Below are positions 37,900 to 51,192 of a stretch of DNA of 64,000 nt, piece by piece (the stretch's first letter is position 1; every line of letters begins with the position of its first letter). The notes beneath the pieces are model-generated. The model had not been told where the DNA came from, searched no databases, and saw only the letters and a program-made list of their open reading frames with translations. The stretch covers positions 448,818,001-448,882,000 of the forward strand of contig NC_067399.1 of assembly GCF_016432865.1 (NCBI RefSeq), given 5' to 3'. This DNA is from Antechinus flavipes (taxonomy: Eukaryota). The translations under genes were made by a program, and so were the position numbers.

Positions 37900-38760
37900 A
37901 AATGTCTGTTGAACATTTCTGTTGGGATGTATAATAGACATCTCAAACTCAATGTTGACAACAACTCAAATGTCTCACCCTTCCCTTCTTTATCCCACTT
38001 CTCTTCCTTATGATCTTATTTGTGTCAAGGACACAACCATTCTTCCAATCATCCAGGTTCTCAAGCCAGAAGCCATTTTTGATTCTTCCTTTTCCTTCAT
38101 TCCACTTTATCTCCAATAAGCTATGCCTCTTCAGTTCTCCCCCAGCACCTCTCAAATCTGTACCTTGATCTTCTCTTGCATTGTCACCATTTATTTTAGT
38201 CTCTCATCCCCCATTCAAACTATTACAACAGCTTCTTATTTTGTCTCCCTGCATTTGATGTTTACACTCTCCAAATCCTTTCCATGTAGCTGCCAAATTG
38301 ATCTCCTTTAAGCACAGTTCTGACCTTAGTGGTTCTATGTTGCTATAGAATAAAACACAAACTTCTCTAGTTCTTAAAGCACTTCATAATCTGCCCTCAA
38401 ATTTATTTATAGGATGATTACATGCCATTGCCTATTATACACTCAATGATCCAGCCAAACAGATCTACTCACTGCTTCCCTTTACCCAGCCGTCATTCTC
38501 CCATTACCATGCCTTTGCACAGATGGTTATCTACAATGTTATCTCTACTTCTTAGACTCTAGCTTCTTTCCTTCAGGGTTCTGCTCAAATGCCATCTCCT
38601 ATAAAAATCCTTTCTTGAATTGCCATTATTAATTACCTCCCTGGAGGATGGAAATATTTTATGTTTATTTTGTATATATTTTTATTTTTATTTATTTATG
38701 TGCATGTTGGTTGTCCATATCCATTTTCCTCCAATGAAATGTAAGCTTCTCAAGGAAACC
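37900..38760 (+). mobile_element. L2 LINE fragment
   Basis: ttgggatgtataatagacatctcaaactcaatg...ccaatgaaatgtaagcttctcaagg. Confidence 0.75.
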
Positions 38761-38769
38761 AGATGTTTA

Positions 38770-39135
38770 GTTAGAAAGCACAGGATGTCAGTTAGCAAAG
38801 ACTGTAGTACACAGAATGTTAGAAATGAAAAGGAACTTAGAATATACAATAAAGAATGTCAAGACTGAAGAGAGCCTTAGAACCTCCATTATAGAATGCC
38901 AAAAGTAAAGGAGACCTTTAAACAGAAAGCAGAGGATATTAGAAATGAAGGGATCTTTGAGCATGAAATATAAATAAATATCAGAGCTAGAAGGGTCCTT
39001 AAATATAGAGCATATGATGTTAAATTGAAAGGGACACTAGACCATGGAACAAAGAATATCAGAGACTGAACGAACCTCAAAATGTAGAACATAGAATGCT
39101 AGGCCTAGAAAAGAGCTTTTAGATCATCTAGTTTA
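38770..39135. repeat. Degenerate tandem array of a ~33-45-bp CR1/MIR3-tail-like unit (agaat..cagagctggaagggacctt)
   Basis: About 8-9 diverged units; similar arrays at about 4620-4770, 30540-30650, 46930-47040 and 53100-53320, and in reverse at about 5480-5590 and 39860-39990. Confidence 0.65.
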
Positions 39136-40413
39136 GATGAGAAAATATTTTATGCAATTAAGTCTAAGAAAAGATAAGTAAGTCATTTAACGTCACCAGC
39201 TAATGGCAGAGATGGAACTTGACCTCTAGCCTCCTCAGTTCATTCCACAGGACCAAATGAATCTCTTTCCTCAGAATCCAGATTTTGTCAATTTCTTAGG
39301 GTCCAGAAAGATAGTACTGTCCTTTTAAAAGTCATCACATTTTAATTGGATACTTTTGACTCAAATATCATGGTTTCTCCCTCCCTCCGTTCCCCCCCTC
39401 CCTCCCTCTCTCTCTCTCTCTCTCTTTCTCTTTCTTTCTTTCCACCCCTCTCTCTTCTGATGCAATTTGGCCTGAGACTTCTGTTTTTCCCTCTATTATC
39501 CACTCTGATTAACTCAACTGTACCCGTCAGCTTTTATCCTGCAGAATGAGAGTGGGAGCTCTCAGAAGAAGTTGTTAAAATGCATGAGTTTTATAACCTT
39601 CCCTTTCTTGGCCAGTGCCATTCTGAGAAACAGGGCCTGGCTTCAGTCCCACTGTTGTTAGTATTCTTCTCCCTATTTGTGGTGCTTGAATTTCATTGGC
39701 CCCTACCCTCTTGGGTACCAAGTGCTTTCCTGGTGAACCTGGGTTATCTCTTTTCCTCCAGAATTCTTCTTTAGGTGAGAAGTGATCTGTGCTTTGCAAT
39801 TTTCTGGGCCCCACTGAAAAGGAAGGAGTTGGACTAGAAATTCTTTCTCAGGTTTCTTTTACTTCTAACACTTTATATTCTGCATTCCCTTCTCCCTTTG
39901 ACATTACATGTTCTAAATTCCCTTTCATTCTATGTAACAAGATCCTTTCAGCTCTGGCATTCTGTATGTAAAGGCCCCTGCCATTTTAACTTGATCCTTT
40001 AACTTTAACTTTAATCCTTTTAATTTAATGATTCCTTAACTCTAAAGAAAGAATTTCAGGCACTGTCATGACTAGCATGAAAATATTTGGACATCAAGTC
40101 TTTCCTAGGCCCCTTTTATCATAACATTTAGGGGCTACCTATGTCTAAGACTCGTGGTTATGGTGGACTCTTTTGGCTCCAGGTCCATGCTCCTCCTCTA
40201 AGTTAAATTCTCCTTCATGCAGAAGTGAGATTTCTGGGAGTCCAGGAAAAATAATTTAGATGGGCTTAGCGTTTACCCAATATCATATACTTTCTACTTC
40301 CACTGTAATTACCTTCATTCATACCCATACCTCTTCCTATCTCTGGCTTATAGTAATAGTCTTTTTCTTCATCTAGCACTTCATTCTCCAATCTATTTCC
40401 CACACTTATCCCT

Positions 40414-41282
40414 TTTTTTAAAATTATAACTTTTTATTGACAGAACCCATGCCTGGATAATTTTTTTACAGTGTTATTCCTTGCACTCACTTCTGTTCCG
40501 ACTTTCCCCTCCCTCCCTCCACTCCCCAGATGGCAAGCAGTCTTTTACATGTTGAATATGTCACCATATATCCTAGATACAATATATGTGTGCAGAACCG
40601 AAGTTCTCTTATTGCACAGGAAGAATTGGATTCAGAAGGTAGAAATAACCCAGGAAGAAAAACAAAAATGCAAACAATTTACAAATTCATTTCCCAGTGT
40701 TCTTTCTCTGGGTGTAGCTGCTTCTGTCCATCCTTGATCAATTGGAACTGACTTAGATCTTCTCTTTATTGAAGAAATCCACTTCCTTCAAGATACATCC
40801 TCATACAGTATCGTTGTTGAGGTATATAATGATCTCCTGGTTCCTCTCATTTCACTTAGCATCAGTTCATGTAAGTCTCTCCAAGTCTCTCTGTATTCAT
40901 CCTGCTGGTCATTTCTTACAGAATAATAATGTTCCATAACATTCATATACCACAATTTACCCAACCATTCTCCAATTGATGAGCATCCATTCATTTTCCA
41001 GCTTTTAGCCACTACAAACAGAGTCACCACAAACATTTTGGCGCATACAGGTCTCTTTTCCTTCTTTAGTATCTCTTTGGGGTATAAGCCCAGTAGAAAT
41101 ACTCCTGGATCAAAGGATGTGCACAGTTTGGTAGCTTTTTGAGCATAGTTCCAAATTGCTCTCCAGAATGGCTGGATGTATTCACAATTCCACCAACAAT
41201 GTATTAGTGTCCCTGTTTTCCCACATCCCTTCCAACATTCCACATTATCTTTCCCTGGCATTCTAGCCAATCTAACAGGTGA
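40414..41282 (-). mobile_element. Young 5'-truncated L1 with target-site duplication
   Basis: ORF 40788-41303 = ORF2 C-terminus (PVRLARM...CWKGCGKTGTLIHCWW); 3' end tttttattgacagaacccatgcc; TSD ccca(c/t)acttatccct at 40399-40413 and 41283-41297. Confidence 0.95.
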
Positions 41283-41779
41283 CCCATACTTATCCCTGAG
41301 CAATTTTTGTAACTCCTCATGTCACACATCCTTTGTTCAAAAATCTTCAATGGACACCTATTGCTTGTTGAACAAAATTTAAATTCTTGATACTCACATT
41401 TAAGCACTTCAACTGTGGCTTCAAACTGTCCTTGCCCTATACTACTCCCAAACTGAATTATGCTCTATTTTCTACTATTACCCTCTCCAATCTGTTTTTA
41501 TTTATACTTTTGTCCATTCTTAAAATGCATATCCCCACTCCATCCCAATCTCATTTGTAGATCCCTTTTTCCCTTCAAATTCAAATGATCTTGTTTTCAT
41601 TATTCCATTTTTGACCTCATTTCCCTCCCCCAAGGTGAAACTGCTCTCTCTCTTAATTTTTTTCACAGCACTTTTTTAGGATGTACCTTTTTTATATCCT
41701 AGTCTCTATTGCAGCTATTTGTATACATAGTGATTCACTGAAGAAGAATTCATACCCCTCTCCCTTAGGGTAAAGATTG

Positions 41780-42950
41780 CATCTTTAATTTTTTCAAATT
41801 TTGTTATAAATGTCTATTGATACTTTCAAAAACCATCATATTTATTTCTAAATATACTACTTTCTCCACTCCCATGGAGCAGCATTCCCTTGTAACAAAG
41901 AATAAAAAAGAAAGAAACAATATTTAAGCAAAATTAATTAATACATCATTCCCTACTCCTGCAAAAAAAGGAAAGGAAATATATTTTTCTCTTCTGTTCT
42001 CTAGGGTCAAGTTTGGTCATTATAATTATACAGCCTTTAGTTTTTTTTTTCTTTTTCCCCCTTTCCATTTACATTTTGACAATTTGTTTTCCATGACATG
42101 CTCATTTTAGTCTTCATTAGCTCACAAAAATCTTCCCATGCTCCTCTGAATTGTTCCATGGTTTCTAATAGAGTAGTAATATTCTCTAACATTTGTCCAC
42201 CATAATTTTTAGGACTGTGTTTTTTAAAAATTCTTTTCTTATCAATATATTTATGTTTTTTACATCACAAAAATTTTTCTGCTCATTTTCCTGTTGTAAC
42301 AAAGATAAAGTAATGGAGTAAAACTAATAGAGCACTAACTCTCTATGGATATTGGTCATATTCAGCATCTGTAGCCATTTGAGTTCAATTTGTTGATTGT
42401 ATTTATTTTAAATTCTGTTACTTTTTTGTACTTCCAAAAAAAAAAGACATTTTTGTAGTCATTATGTATTCTGTTCTCTTGTTCTTCTTACTTCACTTTG
42501 CCTCAGTTCATATGTCTTTCAGCATTTCTCTGAATTCATTGTTTGTAGTTTTTCAAAAATGAAATGATATTCTGTTACAACTTAACCAATGTGTTCTACT
42601 ACTCTCAAATTAGTGGAGATACACTTATTTTTGGTTTTTTGCTCTGACAAAATTTTTTACTGTGAATATTCTAGTGTATATGGTATCTTTCTTTTTATCT
42701 CTGACTTGCCAAGAATGTATGCCTCTTAATGAGATCATTTGGTTTAATGCTGAGTGATTTAGTAACTTTTCTCAGATAATTCCAAATTATTTTCTGGAAC
42801 AGTTGAACCAATTCACAGATGCTTGACTGGAATATTATCATCGTTGGCTACAGACAGCCCCTTCAACCTTGATTATTTTCATGTTTTATGGGATATACAA
42901 AGACTATCTCATCTATCAGGAAACATTGCAATAGTAAGCACTTTAAATTT
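41780..42950 (-). mobile_element. Old L1 3'-end fragments
   Basis: T-rich tail, gagcagcattcccttgtaacaaagaataaaaaag, and ORF2 C-terminal-like remnants (cttcactttgcctcagttcatatgtc). Confidence 0.55.
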
Positions 42951-44094
42951 CATTTGAGGTGTTAAGATCTGACTCCTATATATCATCCAGTATAACTAAG
43001 ACTCACACATTTGAATATGTCATTCATAGTACTAAGTAGACCCTTTATAGGAGATCAGATCAAATGAGTTAATATATACAAAATGTTTTGCAAAACATAA
43101 AGTCCTGTGTTCAATTATTCAAATCAATGACCATTTTATTAAATACTTACTAAGTGCAAACCAAAGATGAAAAGTTATCTGGTTCTTTCCCTGAAGGAGC
43201 CTACATTCTATTGGAGGCAAAACAATATCATAATATAAATAAATTTAATAAATTTACATGTAACATGTGTCCCATAAAACTCTAGAACCCCTCCCTTTCC
43301 TCGATTCAACATAATGCATTTGTGGGGTAGTATAATATAAATATAGTTCAGACTCCCACTTAGTACATTCGTCAGATTATAGATTTAGAGGTAGAAGTGA
43401 TTTTAGATTCAACTCATCTCTTTTCTACATGGCAAAACTGTAGTCCAAAGAAGTCATTATTTATAAACTGGCTCTCTCATTCCCCATCTCTAAACCTTTT
43501 CCTTTATTAAACCACCAATTGTACTCATTACACTTAACATCAAATAATTTAGTCTTCTCCTTCATCAGGATGATTAGGCCAATCAAGATGAACTTCAAAT
43601 CCTCTACTCTGTAGTTCAAAATTTCTCAGCATGACCATTTTCTTCTTCCTTCTAATCAAAGAGGAAAAAGTATTCCTGTCTCTTGTCAAAGCTAATACCT
43701 TACAATATCCTCCAGTATCTTGTTCCAGTATCATCCCTCCGCTCTCAAGTATCTTCAGTCTCTTCCTCTACAATGTTTCTTTGTCTTTGATAGACATTTT
43801 TTTTCTTATATCCTACTTCTTTTCTTCTTTCTACCTCTTCCAGTTACCATCCTCCCCTACCCCTTTTCATTGGCAACTTTCTGGAAGAAAAAAAAAGTTT
43901 TTAAAGCTTGTCTGCCTTTTACTATCTCTGCACAAGTAAAGGAACTTGATAAAACATTCCAAGCATAGTAATGAGACAGAGTACCAAGGATACCGGAATC
44001 TCCCTGGAGTATAAGATTTTCTGTTGAGCCGCTACTGCCCTCTGCTAAGAAGGCTTCTTTTATACAAAGGAAGTTTTATTGCCCCTTTTTGAGA

Positions 44095-44620
44095 TGCCTC
44101 CATATAACTTGGAGTGGAGAGGAGAGAAAGGAGGATGATTGAACAAGGTATAATATATGAATGTGAGAAAATACTATTATTCTATAAGAAATAATGGAGA
44201 CAGTTTCAAAAAAGCCTGGGAAGACTTGTATGAACTGATGCAGAGTGAAGTCAGGAGAACTATGTATATAATAATAACAATATCATAAGGTTAAGCAGCT
44301 TTGGAACATTCTGATCAATACAATGACCAACCAGAATTCCAGAAGACTCATGATGAAACATGCTGCTCACTTTCTGATAGACAGCTGATGTACTTAGAGT
44401 ACATACAGAGTGAAATACTGTTTTTAGACATGGCCAATTTGGGAATTTGTTTTACTTGACTACATGTGTTTGGTTTTGCTGCTTTCTCAGTGAAGGTGGG
44501 GAGAAGGAAGTAAAGGAAAAAAAGGCAGATTTTTGTTTGAAAAATAAAAGAAAATTTAGTTTAAGAAAAAAATGGCAAAACATCTATTCCAAAATGGGTG
44601 AAAGGAAAAGGCTAATTGAT
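44095..44620 (+). mobile_element. Old L1 3' fragment
   Basis: gcctgggaagacttgtatgaactgatgcagagtgaagtcaggagaact...gggagaaggaagtaaagg. Confidence 0.75.
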
Positions 44621-45169
44621 AGACTTTTCTTTTGTTTGTTGAAAAATAAAAAAGATGCAAAAAAAGAGCATCAAGAACAGTTTTCAAAAGTATGCACAAC
44701 CCGCCTCCCCCCCCCAAAAAAAAGTCTAAAAGAGGACACAAAAATAAGACAGTTTTGTTGTCATTATTTTATTTAATGATAATAGTAGCTAGATGAGACA
44801 TAGGAAGATATATAAATTAATAGCCATTGATAATAGCAGAGTAATTTAGAGTTTGCAAAGTGCTTTATTCATTACTAATTTGCTAAATACTTAAAGATGA
44901 GGAAACAGAAGTTGAGATAAGTTAAGTGACTTGCTTAGGGTCACTTAGCTGAGAAGTGTCTGAATCGGTATGACTTCAAATCTTCCTGACTTTAAGTTCA
45001 GTGCTCTACTTAAATTTAGTATATACTTTAAAAACCAAACTATATATAATAAGCATTCACAGTTTCATATACAATTCTCTTCTTTGTTCTTTATGTGTCA
45101 AAATATCCATACTTTTTGATGATTATTAAGTTCAAAATTTTAGAAAAGAAAAAGAGAAAAACCTCAAAT

Positions 45170-45510
45170 GACTTAGGAATATTTAAGAAGACTAAGAACA
45201 TTTTTAGCTAAGAGGAGCCAGAAAGGCTTTACATAGGAGGGAGCATCTGAGCTAGATCTGGAAAAGAAGACTTTCAGCAATCAGGAATTAAGAGGGAGCT
45301 AGAGATAGGTAATGACTTGCAAGCATTCACCAAGGTGGGAGAGAGAAGGTCAAGTGTGGGGAACAGTTAGTAATATAGCTTGATTGGAACACAAGTGGGA
45401 GTAATATGAAATAGGACTGGAAAGGGAAGTGGGAACTAGACTCTAGAGAGTCTTTAATGCCATAGTAAAGAATTTGTATTTTATCCTATAGACAGTAGGG
45501 AGCCACTATT
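45170..45510 (-). mobile_element. L2 LINE fragment
   Basis: ggagccagaaaggctttacataggagggagcatctgagc...gaatttgtattttatcctatagacagtagggagccact. Confidence 0.7.
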
Positions 45511-45764
45511 ATTATTGTCACCAACATTTTTTTCCTGCATTGACAGAAAGACATAAAATACAACATTCTCTGAAGAATCAGAAAAGAGCATCACAGAAAG
45601 GGCAATGGGGAAATGAGTAGAAGTTCTAAACAGGTCTAACTAAAAAGGAACTTTAAAGGAGATGAGGAATAAAAAATGTCATCAAGGAAATGTATAGTAA
45701 AAGAGAAGGTTGACTGGTCATAGAGAAGGATAATAATAATAATGATGTGATTTGATGATAATAG

Positions 45765-46110
45765 ATGGCATTTATATAGCGCTGTAAGATTTGCAAAGTA
45801 CTTTACAAATATTATACCTTTTTATCCTCACAACAATTCTGGGAAGTAGGTACTATTATTGTCTCTTTTAACAGTTGAGGAAACTGAGGCAGGCACAGAT
45901 TAAGTGACTTACTCAGAGACCTATAGTTGATCCTGAGTTCCTGAAGGAAAAACTAGATTAGGGGGACAGCTAGATGGCATAGTTGCTAGGGCACTGGTTT
46001 TGATGTCAGGAAGATCTGAGTTCAAATGCAGCCTCAGACAATTTACTAAGTATATGATTCTGGGCAAGTCACTTAACCCCAATTGCCTCACAAAACCAAA
46101 CCAAAACAAC
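45765..46110. mobile_element. Oppositely oriented MIR (-, 45765-45925) and CORE-SINE (+, 45960-46110)
   Basis: gaggaaactgaggcaggcacagattaagtgactt versus gggggacagctagatggcatag...gggcaagtcacttaaccccaattgcctca. Confidence 0.7.
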
Positions 46111-46149
46111 AACAAAAAAACCCAAAACTGAATTAGATCTTTTTAGTTA

Positions 46150-46385
46150 CAGATCCACTGCTCTATGTACTAACCCATCCAACTGCCAGGATAATAGGTA
46201 GCCACCCAGATCACTCTACTTTTATTGTCTGACCAAATCACAAGGAAGGCTTCAACCACATAGAACAGATTCCTTTGTGATAAACTTATGAGAAGACATA
46301 GACACATGTTATATAGGATAGATTATCAAGGATAGTTTGCAATTTGCATTATTGGAGGGGTTTCAAATCAATGAATTCATGGTGC
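46150..46385. mobile_element. Ancient RTE-like LINE 3' relic (related relic at about 62960-63160 in the opposite orientation)
   Basis: aaggaaggcttcaaccacatagaacagattcc...ttatgagaagacatagacac...gcaatttgcattattggaggg resembles the reverse of 63000-63120 (ttatgggaggacatggacaagag). Confidence 0.45.
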
Positions 46386-47879
46386 ATTTATTTGAGCTTC
46401 TTTCCTGTGGTCTGTGGGGATGGGAAGAATGGTTTCAGGGAAGAATTCCTGGAAGATGTGGGAGCTGGTTTTAAAGGTTATATAGAATATGGGCTGAGAA
46501 ATAGCATTAGAAAAGCAGGAACTAGGAATGCAGTCTTTCAGCATTGTGGGGGGACAGGAATAATTAATTCATTTTGGCTGATTAGGGTCCATGTCAAAAG
46601 CAGTGAGAAGTGAGACTAAAAAAGTAAGATGGAGAGGTGACTTGAATGTCAAGGTAAAGAGTTTGAATTTGGTCTTACAAGCAATGGGAGATCATTGAAA
46701 CTATTTGAGCAAGGCAGGAACAATATGAGAACAGTGCAATGAGAAAAATGAACGTGTTAGTTGTGCAGGCTGGGTGGAGAGTGTTGAGATTAGTTGGGGG
46801 AATAGTAAGGACAGTATTTGTTGATTCATTGAATATAAGTCTGAAGCCCTTGAAAGACTTGGATAACTTTGGGAACCAAATTCTTACAAAAGGCACCTCA
46901 GGAGCTCCTGGAGCTTTCTCAGATCACTGAACACAATGTCAGAAGTAGAATGGACCTATGCACTTAGAACATAGAATATCAGTACTGGAAGGACTCTCAG
47001 ACCATAAAAGGTTAGATTTGGGAAAAGACCTTAGAGATGTTAAACCAATTGAATAATGAAATTTGGGGGGGCTTGAGCTATATTGATGACTACTTGCTAT
47101 GCTATAATATATGTTGTGGCAAACTTCTGGAATAATGGATAAAAAATCTCAGATGATGGGCCCACATTTAGAAGAAATTCTCTAATCATTGAAATCACAA
47201 ATTCTTTGGAATAATCTGGTGGCAAAAGGGAGTTGTGAAAATCTGGGAGCAAAATAGGAAAAAAAAGTGCATTTTAATACTGACTGCCACAATTTATAAC
47301 TTTGGTATATATAAAATTAATATTTTGGAGGGGAAAATATCCTTGTTATCAAAAATTTTGCAGCTTTTTCCCCCTTTCTTCCAGATAACAATAGGATTCC
47401 CATAACACATTTCGGGCAATGCTGCTGTGGCCCACTACTCTATCAACTTTATAGATGGGGAAACTGAGGCCTGTAAAGGGATGGGGCTTGTCTACTGCAA
47501 CAACCAATTTGTGGTCGAGTTTCTGGCTCCTCGTCTGGGTGCTTTCTTCTGCCCACACTGCTAGCATCTCCTTTGGGAAAGGGCCATTTAATGGCAGTCC
47601 CAGGATCCCCTCAGCTGTAGGGGAACAAGGAGACTGAGGTGAGAGGAGGCGAGGGCTTTCTCTGCTTACAGCCTTTAGCTCTGGGATTTATTTACTGAGG
47701 CACAGAGATCTGCAGTGGGAAGGACCAAGCAGTCTGTCAAGGTACAGCGCCTTACACCCCACCCTCCCCCTCGCCCCCAGGCAAAATATATTTCCCTGCA
47801 GCTGTCCTAGTGCAGAACAGTCAGTCACTAATTTTGTATTCCAATTATAATTTGTTCCCCTTTCCTCCTTTTAATAAAA

Positions 47880-48245
47880 ACGAAAGCATCCGGAAACATC
47901 CGGACGTCGGCCCGGGAAGAGAAAGGATTGCCATAATTAAAAAGTGCCTTCAATCAGGCTCTTCTAATGGATTGTCAGCTCAACTTGGCCTTCCTCCACC
48001 TCCACTTCCCCCTCCCCAAGCTTGCTCCCCACCTCTCCCCCAATGCCCACCTCCAGAGGCAGCATTTACATTCCTTAATAACCCCTCATTAATATTCATG
48101 AGGCGGGGCGGGTAATAATGGCTGAGCGAACTGCACTAATTCAATTTCCCCCGCCTCAGTGTGTTTAGTTAATCACCAGGGGACCTGGGCTACTCAGTAC
48201 AATTATTTATTCGGAATTAGACCTTGAGGCATCTGGATTGAAAAA
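47880..48245. promoter_or_regulatory. Candidate conserved enhancer with dense homeodomain/POU and ETS motifs
   Basis: catccggaaacatccggacg, cataattaaa, ctaatggattgtca, cattaatattcatgag, cactaattc, tagttaatca, ggaattag; CpG retained. Confidence 0.5.
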
Positions 48246-48774
48246 AGAGAACCAGGAATACAATTAAAATGGGACTCTCTTTGCCCCATGGCTTATTCCT
48301 TGCACACTCCCCTGCCCAGCTCCCAGAGCTCCTGCCTGTCCACCTCAAAAGTCTTTTTTCCCTGCCTGCCTGTCTTCCTGTTTGTCTCTCTCTTCCTCTG
48401 TCTATCGGCCCGTCTCACAGTGTGCTTGTCTCCCTATCTCCCTTATCTGCCTGCCTGTCTGCCCTTGCCTCCCAGGAGGGCTCTATAGAAAAGCTGAGAG
48501 TTTTTATGAAGATTGGGTGGAACTGACTGGAATCAATACCCAGTGAAGAATTGAGTCAAGGTTCTCTAGCTTCAGTCAACTGAATCTCTCCTTAGAAATC
48601 TTTAGCTTGTTCCTGTCTTGGTCCCTGAAGCAAGAGAGGATGTCAATCACCACCGAGAGTGGGAGGGTTGGGGGCCAATGTGGTGCTGGGTCCTGGCAAA
48701 TCCACAAAAGGTTTATCAGATTGATGCATCACAATTCCATAATCTCCTTAATTTGCTCCTTTACTCCATGTCCA

Positions 48775-49004
48775 AGGGCAGCTAGATGGGTCAATGGATA
48801 GAATACTGGGCTTGGGGTCAGTAAGACTCATGCTCCAGAGTTCAAATGTAATCTCAGATATAAACCGTGGAACCCCAGGCAATTCACTTAGTTCTGTTTG
48901 CCTCAGTTCTCTTATCTACAAAATTAGCTATCAAAGAAAATGGCAAACTACTTCTATATCTCACCAAACAGGGTCATGGAATATAGGACATGATTGGAAA
49001 AATT
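48775..49004 (+). mobile_element. Marsupial CORE-SINE (Mar1-like), truncated by a gap
   Basis: gggcagctagatgggtcaatggatagaatactggg...aaaatggcaaactacttctatatc. Confidence 0.8.
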
Positions 49005-49290
49005 NNNNNNNNNNNNNNNNNNNNNNNNNNNNNNNNNNNNNNNNNNNNNNNNNNNNNNNNNNNNNNNNNNNNNNNNNNNNNNNNNNNNNNNNNNNNNNNN
49101 NNNNNNNNNNNNNNNNNNNNNNNNNNNNNNNNNNNNNNNNNNNNNNNNNNNNNNNNNNNNNNNNNNNNNNNNNNNNNNNNNNNNNNNNNNNNNNNNNNNN
49201 NNNNNNNNNNNNNNNNNNNNNNNNNNNNNNNNNNNNNNNNNNNNNNNNNNNNNNNNNNNNNNNNNNNNNNNNNNNNNNNNNNNNNNNNNN
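49005..49290. other. Assembly gap (286 N)
   Basis: Run of N. Confidence 1.
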
Positions 49291-49327
49291 AAATGAATTA
49301 CAATTGGATTTTGTCCTCACAAGATGG

Positions 49328-49329
<2 letters not shown>

Positions 49330-49368
<39 letters not shown>
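49330..49368. repeat. (CA)n microsatellite
   Basis: acacacac... Confidence 0.97.
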
Positions 49369-49372
<4 letters not shown>

Positions 49373-49810
49373 TTGCTATGAAGGTTCCAAGGGGGAAAGA
49401 TCAGATGTGGGCTTTAAATAGAACTTTATGGAGGAAGAGGTCTGGAAGACGAAGAATCTGGCCTTGAAATATGAGCAGTATTCTACTTCCCTTTGGCTAG
49501 GCAAAGGCCCCTGTTTCCTTTACCTAACCCTCATTCCTAGATCCAGGCTTTTCATTTAAGCACAAGCAAGAGAGAGCAGGGGGAGGAGGGATAAAGCCAT
49601 ACAACAGTTTGCTGTTTTCCCATATTCCATTCATGCAAAGCTGCATTCATAATTGATTTACCTAATGGTTACTGTGTAGTAAATGTAGAATGAGAGTGAG
49701 TGGAAAGGCTGATTCTCTTGGGATTCCCACTATTTCCCTCCTGACTGGTAGGGATATTTTTGCCCATATGCTGTCCATTTCATGCCTAGCATCTGATGGC
49801 TCATTTAGAC

Positions 49811-49974
49811 CAAAACTTCTTAAACTGTGGGTTATAACCCCATATGGAGTCATGAAATTATAATTTGTAATTGTTTGATGTGTATACCTATTTTAAATAT
49901 CTATATGCCTGAGTCGGGTAAACATTTCTTGGGGGGAAAAGGGGTTTTGAGTGGAAAAAGTCTAAGAAGCTCTG
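49811..49974. mobile_element. hAT-superfamily MITE
   Basis: Imperfect TIR caaaacttcttaaac / gtctaagaagctctg (12/15); 8-bp TSD atttagac (49803-49810) / atctagac (49975-49982), matching the hAT-Charlie NTCTAGAN preference. Confidence 0.8.
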
Positions 49975-51042
49975 ATCTAGACCACTTTGCTTGCAGATCT
50001 CACCTGCTTCCCCCTAGTCTCTGTCCCAGGTGCTTGCTTCTTCTCCAGCTCTCCAGTCATTCTCATCACCAGCATTGTGTTCCCAAACAATACTTTGCAT
50101 CTTTCTAATGTACTTGCAAAATAGTGTGTATTATAGCCACCTTCTTTGTTATCTTATTCTCTTAATAGACTGAATTTCTTGAAGGCAGGGAGCATATCTT
50201 TCTCATTCATGCACTCATTTACTGTGCAAGGTACTATGGTCTTCAGATCACTATGCTTGAGTGTTGTGGGGAGAGTTACAAAGTCTAGGTAGGATATGTT
50301 TGTTTTATGTTCTCCTGAAATCCAAAGCAGACTACTTTACTATTATGTAAGTTGTATCTCCTAGCACAGTGCTCTACAGAGAGAAGGTACTTAATATGTG
50401 TTTGTTGAATTGTATTGTGCTCTGATTCACAGCACCCTAGGGAAGGCCTTGGGCCCTTACTCATCTCAGGGATGGATTGTTCTAATCCTCACATAGAAGA
50501 TTTGTTCATGAAATCTGTCAACCAATAGTTTAGCCCATCATCATAAAATTTATGTAGGTATTGTATCAGTCTGAATGTAAGGTTGTATTTTTTCATTCAA
50601 AATCTACCTTATATAAAACTTAAGTGTGGCCTATAATCATATATGTATATATATAAACATATATTAGATATAACACATATATGTATGTATCTATATACAT
50701 ATATACATTTTCCCTTTTCAAAGAGATCTTATTTTAAAGGCGTAGGCTATGTTTTAGTTAAAATAGTATATGGATTAGTGTCTTATATTTTCAATTAAAA
50801 TTATGTACGTATACATAATGTATATATACACAGACACATTCACTATCAATTATATGATCAAAAATATGTATGTCATGTACTAGATGTGCATCCCCATATT
50901 ATCATAGCCTTATTTATTCCATTTTAAAAATATTTACTATGTATTAGTTCTACCAGTTCAGTTTGGACAAATCCAGTGTATTGCAAGCTCCTTGATTGTT
51001 TTTGTCTTTGTTTGCTTGGCACCTGGTATATACTTAGCATTT

Positions 51043-51192
51043 TTTAAAATAACTTTTTATTGACAGAACCCATGCCAGGGTAATTTTTTACAACATTATC
51101 CCTTCCTTGCATTCACTTCTGTTCTGATTTTTCCCCTTCCTCCCTCCATCCCCTCCCCCAGATGGCAAGCAGTCCTATACATATTATACATG
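51043..51192 (-). mobile_element. 150-bp L1 3'-end insertion inside an L2 tail
   Basis: aataactttttattgacagaacccatgcc...agatggcaagcagtcc; TSD atatacttag(c/t)attt at 51028-51042 and 51193-51207. Confidence 0.9.

Noticed and set aside
40788-41303. 171-aa ORF as a host gene
   Set aside because: It is the L1 ORF2 C-terminus inside a TSD-bounded insertion; likewise 35866-36117, 27882-28148 and 54141-54740.
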